Shown: positions 54,396 through 64,000 of the stretch, piece after piece | How positions within the stretch are numbered: position 1 is the first letter of the stretch | Layout: every line of letters starts with the position of its first letter | NCBI GenBank assembly: GCA_963828495.1 | Contig: CAWHFJ010000013.1 | Coordinates: forward strand, 7,952-71,951 | DNA: 64,000 nt | DNA from: Candidatus Omnitrophota bacterium | GTDB lineage: Bacteria > Omnitrophota > Gorgyraeia > Zapsychrales > Fredricksoniimonadaceae | Direction of reading: 5' to 3' | Position numbers and translations under genes: made by a program | The notes under the pieces: model-generated | Seen by the model: the letters and a program-made list of their open reading frames with translations, nothing else | Databases searched by the model: none | Told to the model about the DNA's origin: nothing

Positions 54396-55580
54396 TTATT
54401 TTTTATCATTAAGTGCCGCAATTCCCGGTAATGACTTGCCCTCTAAGAATTCCAGCGATGCCCCGCCTCCGGTGGAAATATGCGTCATTTTATCTTCCAA
54501 GCCGAATTTAGCCACCGCAGCCGCAGAATCCCCGCCGCCTATGATCACCGTTACATCTTTTAACCCAGCCAGATAATCCGCAATGGCCCGGGTGCCTTTG
54601 GCATAAACATCCCGCTCAAAGACCCCTAAAGGACCGTTCCACACCACGGTTTTGGCACCAGATAAAATGTCTTTATAGTGCTGGATGGTCTTGGGTCCGA
54701 TATCCAGGCTCTCCCATCCGTCGGGAATGACATCCGAAATTTTACACTCATCCGAGGTAAAGCTTTGGGTAATGACAAAATCCGTGGTCAACGCCAGCTC
54801 CACACCCGCTTTTTTGGCTTGCGCCATCAATTCACGGGCCGTATCAATCTTGTCTTTTTCTAATTTGGAATTGCCGACATTGATCCCCTGGGCTTTTAAA
54901 AAGGTATAGGCCATGCCCCCGCCGATAATAATGGTGTTGGCTTTGGGGATAAGATTCTTGATCAATTCGATCTTGTCCGATACCTTGGCCCCGCCTAAAA
55001 TAATGACCAAAGGACGCTTGGGGTTATTGATGGCATTGCCCAAATACTGCAGTTCCTTTTCTATCAAGAACCCCGCCACCGACGGTAAATAGGCTGTTAT
55101 GCCGGCGGTTGAGGCGTGCGCGCGATGCGCCGTGCCAAAGGCATCATTCACATAAATATCCGCCAATGACGCTAATTCTTGGGCAAACGCAGGATCGTTC
55201 TTTTCTTCGGCTTTATGAAAACGCAGGTTCTCCAGTAAAACTACCCTCTCGGAAGACTTGGCGATCGTGTCAACAACTGACGGGCCTATACAATCATCCA
55301 AGAATAAAACTTTTTCTTTAAGAAGCTCCTGCAGTCGTTTGGCCACGGGCGCAAGAGAAAATGCCTTTTCAAAACCAGTCCCCTTGGGGCGGCCCAAATG
55401 GCTCATGAGAATGACTTTGGATGCCCCCTGAGCTAGAACATATTGGATGGTCGGCAAGGAGGCTTGAATGCGACGGTCATCCGTAATATGAAATGCTTCA
55501 TCTAAAGGAACGTTAAAATCCACACGGATAATCACCTTTTTGGATTTAACATTGATATCCCGCACAGTCATTTTCTGCAT
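54396..55580 (-). CDS. pgk: Phosphoglycerate kinase
   Basis: [46 protein letters not shown]. Confidence 0.93.
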   Translation of the reverse strand: MQKMTVRDINVKSKKVIIRVDFNVPLDEAFHITDDRRIQASLPTIQYVLAQGASKVILMSHLGRPKGTGFEKAFSLAPVAKRLQELLKEKVLFLDDCIGPSVVDTIAKSSERVVLLENLRFHKAEEKNDPAFAQELASLADIYVNDAFGTAHRAHASTAGITAYLPSVAGFLIEKELQYLGNAINNPKRPLVIILGGAKVSDKIELIKNLIPKANTIIIGGGMAYTFLKAQGINVGNSKLEKDKIDTARELMAQAKKAGVELALTTDFVITQSFTSDECKISDVIPDGWESLDIGPKTIQHYKDILSGAKTVVWNGPLGVFERDVYAKGTRAIADYLAGLKDVTVIIGGGDSAAAVAKFGLEDKMTHISTGGGASLEFLEGKSLPGIAALNDKK

Positions 55581-55596
55581 AATGCAACTCCCTAGC

Positions 55597-55623
55597 TGGA
55601 TTCCCGCTTCCGCGGGAATGACA
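55597..55623. repeat. GC-rich hairpin element in the pgk leader (TGGATTCCCGC-TTCC-GCGGGAATGACA)
   Basis: A perfect 9-bp stem ATTCCCGC(T)/GCGGGAAT lies between the consensus promoter and the pgk SD. Confidence 0.55.
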
Positions 55624-55648
55624 TATATAAATGTTAATAAAAAACAAT

Positions 55649-55676
55649 ATTATAACGAAGAGCGCTGTTTTGTCAA
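55649..55676 (-). promoter_or_regulatory. Consensus sigma70 promoter for pgk-tpiA-secG (TTGACA-N16-TATAAT)
   Basis: The minus strand reads TTGACAAAACAGCGCTCTTCGTTATAAT. The -35 is at 55671-55676 and the -10 at 55649-55654, about 70 nt upstream of the pgk ATG. Confidence 0.65.
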
Positions 55677-55710
55677 AGAGGATTACGCTTGACCCGCATT
55701 CCTATTTAGA

Positions 55711-59055
<3,345 letters not shown>

Positions 59056-59056
<1 letters not shown>

Positions 59057-60483
59057 TAATAAGCCCCTTGCCCTTTGAAAACCACCGGAAAAGTTTTGAA
59101 TAATATATATAAATCCAGTCCAAAAGACCAGTTATTTATATACCAGATGTCCCAACGCAGCAATTTGTCAAAAGACACGTCGCTGCGTCCCCTGATCTGC
59201 CAGAGTCCCGTCATGCCCGGGCGTATCCCTAAACGTCTTAATTGGCGTAAATCTTCCTTTTCTACCTGAGTGATCGGCAACGGCCTTGGCCCCACCAGAC
59301 TCATGTCGCCTTTAAGAACATTGAATATTTGCGGCAACTCATCCAGACTCCAGCGGCGCAAATAGGCCCCCACACGGGTGATACGGGGATCTTTCCTGAT
59401 TTTAAAAATAGGGCCGTCCGCTTCATTGCGCTCTTTTAACTGCGTCAATAACTCGTCCGCATTCACGACCATACTACGGAACTTCAACATATTGAACACC
59501 CGGGCATTGTACCCGTGGCGTTTGGAACAATAAAAAACCGGTCCGGAGCTGTCTAACTTAATCAAAACGATCAGCACAAGTAAAAAAGGCAAAAGGAGAA
59601 TCGCCAACAGCAAAGATAAAACAAAATCAAAGACGCGTTTAGCCCCCTGACGGGAATTGACGTCAACGTCGGAATATTCCAGAACGGGGACGATGCCGAC
59701 ATTATATTTGATAAAATCCTGGACCATATACTCATAGCCCTGAGGCACCACCCTGACGGCGATACCCAGCTCACGGGCCTCCTCCAGCAATTTGATAAAA
59801 GTCTGATGTTCGGGATAAATCGTAATAAAAACCTGGTCGATAAATTCCCGTTGTACGATATTCTGAAAATCTTTCAACGAGCCCAATAACTTCTCCCCCG
59901 TCTGGTTCAAAGGCTCCTCGTCATCCAGGAAACCGATAATTTTAATCCCTAAGGCCGGCTGTTTTTGTATTTCCTCCGATAATAAAACGCCTACTTTCCT
60001 GGCACCAATAATAACAGCATTAAAATTGTTATAGCCATGCTGTACCAAAACATTGACCAGCAGTTTCTTGAGGACCCTCCACAAAGACAACAAAACGCTG
60101 ATGGCCACCGCGCTAAAAACCAGGACCCCTCGAGGGAAATCTTGAATTTTGAGTAAATACACCGCCACAATGGCCACCAACGTTGAGATGGCGACCGCCC
60201 GCATCACCTGCCATATTTCCAGACTTTCGAGTTTCTCGCGACGGGTTTGGTAAAGGCCGTGGGCCTGATTAAAAAATAAAATGACGGGGACCCACAGGAG
60301 AAAAACTATTTTGAAAGGATTGGCCGAGGAGAAAAACCCTTCCCACGAAATCGCAAAGTGCAAAGTCCCCTGGCGCAATAAAAGGACCAGATAAATCGCC
60401 GCATAAATACAAATAATATCTATGAGCACATAGACGCTGTGAATGATCCATTCCTGACGGGCATTACGCACGGTGATTTTCAT
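59056..60483 (-). CDS. Polyprenyl-phosphate sugar phosphotransferase (WbaP/EpsB-type initiating enzyme)
   Basis: N-terminal TM helices, a central Rossmann-like region, and a C-terminal catalytic domain ([12 protein letters not shown]...[11 protein letters not shown]...MLKFRSM...[21 protein letters not shown]). Confidence 0.88.
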
Positions 60484-61233
60484 TAAATTTAAAACAATCC
60501 TTGATCACATAATAAATAAATAGGCTGTTGCCGACTAAATACCTTTTCCATAAACGCCGCGGCTCACAGATCAGGCGAAACAGCCACTCCAAACCGCTAT
60601 TTTGTATCCACCGGGGCGCCTGAGGTTTTGACTCCGGATAAAAAATCAAAAGCGGCTCCTGCCCCAACGATGACCGGCACATCCAAAAAGGGCCGGTGAT
60701 TTTGCATCCAAAAATCCTGCTTGGGTGAGCCTAATCCCACCCAAAGAATGTCGGCTTGGGTCTTCATGGATACGGTCAATCGCCTCCTGGTCTTTAAAGG
60801 CAAAATCCTCCCGGAAATCCGGGGCCAAACTGCCGACAATTTTTATTTTAGGATAACACAACTTCAAGCGCTGCTCTAATTTTTCTAATGTCTCCTTGGT
60901 GCTGCCATAAAAGAAATGCCGTAAGCCACCAGCCTCCCCCTGCCGACAGACCTCTTGCATTAAATCCGGGCCATAGGTGCGGACAATATCTTTGCAGCCT
61001 TTAAAACGCGCCAGCCACACCACGGGCATACCGTCGGGGGTGACCATGCCGGCAGCACGGATTACCTCCCTATATTTCCCATCACGCTGCGCGTCCACCA
61101 AGGTCGCAACCGGGGCCACACACACATAGGTGCGATATTTCTGCGCCACCCACTGGCAAATCTGCCCAGCTGCAAAAACAGGATTGACCCGGCTGACAGG
61201 AACGCCTAAAAGAGAGATAGTTTTGAGCATCAT
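60464..61233 (-). pseudogene. WecG/TagA/CpsF family glycosyltransferase, two frameshifts (near 60820 and near 60660)
   Basis: LGVPVSRVN...VTPDGMPVVWLAR (60646..61233), then ILWVGLGSPKQDFWMQ (60597..60839), then GLEWLFRLICEPRRLWKRY (60464..60682). Confidence 0.75.
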
Positions 61234-61287
61234 GCGAAGGCAGTATTATATATCAAAAATTATATATCATGGGGGAAAATCAATCCC

Positions 61288-62508
61288 TTACAGGATTGAA
61301 AACACATAACCCCCCAACCCAAAAGCAGATATGAAATTCAATGAAATAAATCTTTCCATCGAAAAAGGCAGTACCCAGGAATACAGATGATGAAATGAAT
61401 TAACAACTAAAATAAGTATCGCCGTAATCCAAAACACCCTGTTTGCTTTAAAGATCCTCTCCATATCATAACGCTTCATCACCAGTGCCAACGCCGTCAT
61501 CATAGCCACTAGCCCCATAGCCCCCAGTCGTGTCCCGCTGCCTTTAGGATAGCCCGTCACTGCGGGGCCGGCCAAAATCGGTTGCAAAGAAATAAGCAGC
61601 ATCATCAACAGGCAACTGAAAAACTCAACCGCATGGTGTTGCCTAGACGACCAACGATAGTCCCCGGTATGAGGGGACAAAGACAGTTTAAGAAAAATCC
61701 CTGCCATAAAGGCCAGTGCGAAAACATCCGGCATGAAACTTCTCAACACAAGCTCTGTGATAATCTTCCATTGAAATCCATGTTGTGCGATCCAGGGGAA
61801 TAAACCCGAGAGATGTGCTGCGATCAAAAGAGGAGAGGACGTCATTAGGCCAGCCATAAACTCTGTCCAACGGAAAACAGCAGATATAATAAAAATTAAC
61901 GTCCCGGCAAAAATCAATCTTCGTTGTAGTGAAATAGCCTTCCATGATGGGGCAGCTAATACCCACCACAACACCCCCGGCAATAATAACAACAGGCTTT
62001 GACGTGAAAGGATACCCGCAAGACCGGCTATGAGTATCAATACCCTATTACGTTTGAACAAGCCTAACATCATAGCCGCCGTAGCGCATATAAATACGGT
62101 CGCATTCAAATCCCCGGGCACCAACATATAAAAACGAAAAATATAGGGATTAAATATGAAAAAAGCCATTATCAGCGTATAGGAGGAAATGCCCAATCCT
62201 ATAGTTTCAAGGATCAAATGGAAAAAGAAAAGGAGCAAGAATAAACTTAATCCCGTAAGTAGGCAAAACGCCGAAGGGATCGATAGATGACAGGTCTTAG
62301 CCAACTCCCCTGCCACATATGATGGGAAGAAACGCTGGGCCAAATGCAACGGTATCGGTTGGACATAAAGGCCTGGCACTGCCTGCGCCATATGCACGTA
62401 CGTGGGAACATCCTGGCCATACATATAATCGATCCCCTCTTGCCATCCCATCCAGCGGTTGGTCAACATTAAAACCAAAACAAAACCAAACACAATGCCT
62501 ATTTTCAT
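61288..62508 (-). CDS. Polytopic membrane protein of unknown function (glycan-cluster associated)
   Basis: 406 aa with about 11 hydrophobic helices. No motif I can name. It contains one copy of a 31-nt repeat also found at 63..93. Confidence 0.5.
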   Translation of the reverse strand: MKIGIVFGFVLVLMLTNRWMGWQEGIDYMYGQDVPTYVHMAQAVPGLYVQPIPLHLAQRFFPSYVAGELAKTCHLSIPSAFCLLTGLSLFLLLFFFHLILETIGLGISSYTLIMAFFIFNPYIFRFYMLVPGDLNATVFICATAAMMLGLFKRNRVLILIAGLAGILSRQSLLLLLPGVLWWVLAAPSWKAISLQRRLIFAGTLIFIISAVFRWTEFMAGLMTSSPLLIAAHLSGLFPWIAQHGFQWKIITELVLRSFMPDVFALAFMAGIFLKLSLSPHTGDYRWSSRQHHAVEFFSCLLMMLLISLQPILAGPAVTGYPKGSGTRLGAMGLVAMMTALALVMKRYDMERIFKANRVFWITAILILVVNSFHHLYSWVLPFSMERFISLNFISAFGLGGYVFSIL

Positions 62509-63437
62509 AAAACACTCTTTAACCGCGTAATGACCCTTTGCGTCCTTATCTGCCTGGCCCGTGCATTCAAATGATAGTCTGTGTCATAGAAGTGGTCCTC
62601 AGGGAAAACGTCTTCTCCAGGCGTCCCCAAAACAGGGACTTTCAACTCTTTTCTGAACACTCGGGCAAGTAAGTTTATCTTTTCTTCCTCATGCCTATAC
62701 TTCTTTTCTTCCGTCGCCGGGTAAATCAAAAAGACTTTGGCCCCTTGCACTCGAGCATAAAGTTCCAAGTCATTCAGGGCGGCGATAGCTTCCGGATTGA
62801 TCGGGCCATTGATTGTCTCCCGACCAAACACCCCTGGTCGCTCTTTATTCAAATGCCCCAAGGAATCCCCATGGGCATTGAACGCTGACCGACAATACGC
62901 AAAGCTTGTCGAAAATAATTGGTTGGAAAGCTGATTATACACAGAAGCCCTTATGGCCATCGGCGAATTCTTTATAATCATCACATATTGTTTCCAGGAG
63001 GTTATATATTGACGGCACTCCGGGAACCTCATAACGATAAATGCCAGTTCAAATCCGCCATCAAAGGCTGAACCGAAGAATGGCTCATATTCGGAAATGA
63101 CAATAACTACATCCCCTTTCCTAATAAACGGCTTAACCTCGGACAGCATATAGCGCAAACCGAACCCCACATGCAGCCCCATGTTAACCACGCGCATACC
63201 TATCTGCTTCTCAATAAGCTCGCTGTCCAGACCAAACGCCAATCCTGAGCCTCCGACGAAGATAAGGCGCGGAGGGCGGGTTTGCTCTAACAGGCGGTGC
63301 TTGTCCAAAATGGCGGCTTCATAGACAGGGTCCTGGGCCGGGGCCGGCTTCGGGAAGAAAAAGAAAAGAAGCAGCCAAAGGGTCCCGACAAGGAATACGA
63401 GAAGGCCTATTTTAAGAAAAAACTTTGTCATGATCAA
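62505..63437 (-). CDS. Membrane-anchored SGNH/AlgJ/DltD-like accessory protein of an MBOAT O-acyltransferase
   Basis: N-terminal anchor, LIFVGGSGLAFG near the N-terminus and DTDYHLN near the C-terminus (SGNH-like blocks I and V). It lies immediately downstream of an MBOAT gene. Confidence 0.5.
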   Translation of the reverse strand: MIMTKFFLKIGLLVFLVGTLWLLLFFFFPKPAPAQDPVYEAAILDKHRLLEQTRPPRLIFVGGSGLAFGLDSELIEKQIGMRVVNMGLHVGFGLRYMLSEVKPFIRKGDVVIVISEYEPFFGSAFDGGFELAFIVMRFPECRQYITSWKQYVMIIKNSPMAIRASVYNQLSNQLFSTSFAYCRSAFNAHGDSLGHLNKERPGVFGRETINGPINPEAIAALNDLELYARVQGAKVFLIYPATEEKKYRHEEEKINLLARVFRKELKVPVLGTPGEDVFPEDHFYDTDYHLNARARQIRTQRVITRLKSVL

Positions 63438-64000
63438 AATTGAAAATAAATAAATTGTTGTGAGATATCAAAATACCCGAAGATCAGCATAGTGATCATC
63501 AAGGAACAATAACATCCCCATCTCACCCACACAGGCTGTTGTGCTAATCTTATCCTGATGGCACCCTGCCGCTGGACAATCTCGACGGCTATCAAAAAAA
63601 TGATCAAAACTACCGCTACGCAAAACTCCATAGCCCTATGCCCCAGAAAAACCGGCTGAAAAACTTCCATGCCTGTGCCTATCGGGCCTTGGCGATGAAT
63701 GACCCTGATAAAAAAATCGGGGACGCCGGCAAACAAATGACGAACAATATACCAGGCGTCAGCTATGTTCTTGGCCCGGAAGAATATCCACGCAAAACAC
63801 ACGAGCAGAAAGGTCACAACCCTTTGGATGAACGGATAAACCCCCTTGTCCTCCTGCAGCCTAAAATATCCCGTAATTTTCTGCCTGATATGCACTGTCA
63901 GGGCCCCGAATGCCATAAAAAAACCGTGCATGGCCCCCCAAACAATATACGTCCAATTCGCGCCATGCCATAGGCCGCTGAGCAAAAACGTTATCAACAA
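63434..64000 (-). CDS. MBOAT family O-acyltransferase (AlgI/DltB-like), C-terminal part; the gene continues beyond the window
   Basis: FLLSGLWHGANWTYIVWGAMHG contains the conserved MBOAT histidine. The ORF is open at the window edge. Confidence 0.75.
   Translation of the reverse strand: MLITFLLSGLWHGANWTYIVWGAMHGFFMAFGALTVHIRQKITGYFRLQEDKGVYPFIQRVVTFLLVCFAWIFFRAKNIADAWYIVRHLFAGVPDFFIRVIHRQGPIGTGMEVFQPVFLGHRAMEFCVAVVLIIFLIAVEIVQRQGAIRIRLAQQPVWVRWGCYCSLMITMLIFGYFDISQQFIYFQF

Overview
This 64-kb window is transcribed almost entirely from the minus strand. The only convincing plus-strand gene is a type IV pilin-like gene at 37418-37852. By eye it looks like an uncultivated, TPR-rich anaerobe, possibly Omnitrophota-like, but I cannot verify that. 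Left to right the window holds: (1) A housekeeping block: pheA, scpB, ruvA, ruvC, a yebC-family gene, RNase P RNA, a zinc-ribbon/RNase HI fusion, tRNA-Val and tRNA-CAU, two iron-sulfur flavoproteins, and a small CxxC-x17-CxxC protein missing from the ORF track. (2) A ~19-kb co-directional envelope-stress/efflux supercluster. It has three LTxxQ (Spy/CpxP-like) proteins, two paralogous Tyr-rich secreted proteins, a His-rich secreted peptide, an mdtABC-like RND system with an outer-membrane factor (OMF), a zf-HC2 anti-sigma factor, and a second MarR-headed RND system. It also carries two near-identical ECF-type promoters (GGAACTT-N16-GTCTAA). (3) The most unusual locus: two tandem giant paralogous genes (28786-37275). 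Each encodes an N-terminal ParD/CopG-like ribbon-helix-helix (RHH) segment, one membrane span, over 1000 aa of GNVGIGT-type fibre repeats including seven near-identical 228-nt modules, and a C-terminal Peptidase-S74-like intramolecular chaperone domain. The pilin gene diverges from this locus. (4) Acyl-CoA dehydrogenase, EtfB, ferredoxin-fused EtfA, FabV/Ter and glgC. (5) An Opp/Dpp-type ABC transporter interrupted by a TPR glycosyltransferase-like gene. (6) secG-tpiA-pgk behind a consensus sigma70 promoter. (7) A glycan cluster: GT-C, fcl, gmd, polyprenyl-phosphate sugar transferase, WecG/TagA, an SGNH-like protein and an MBOAT. About 28 frame disruptions affect 15 genes and are concentrated at 39-53 kb. 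They could be consensus indel errors or real gene decay, and I cannot tell which from sequence alone. I saw no CRISPR array, rRNA, transposase or integrase.
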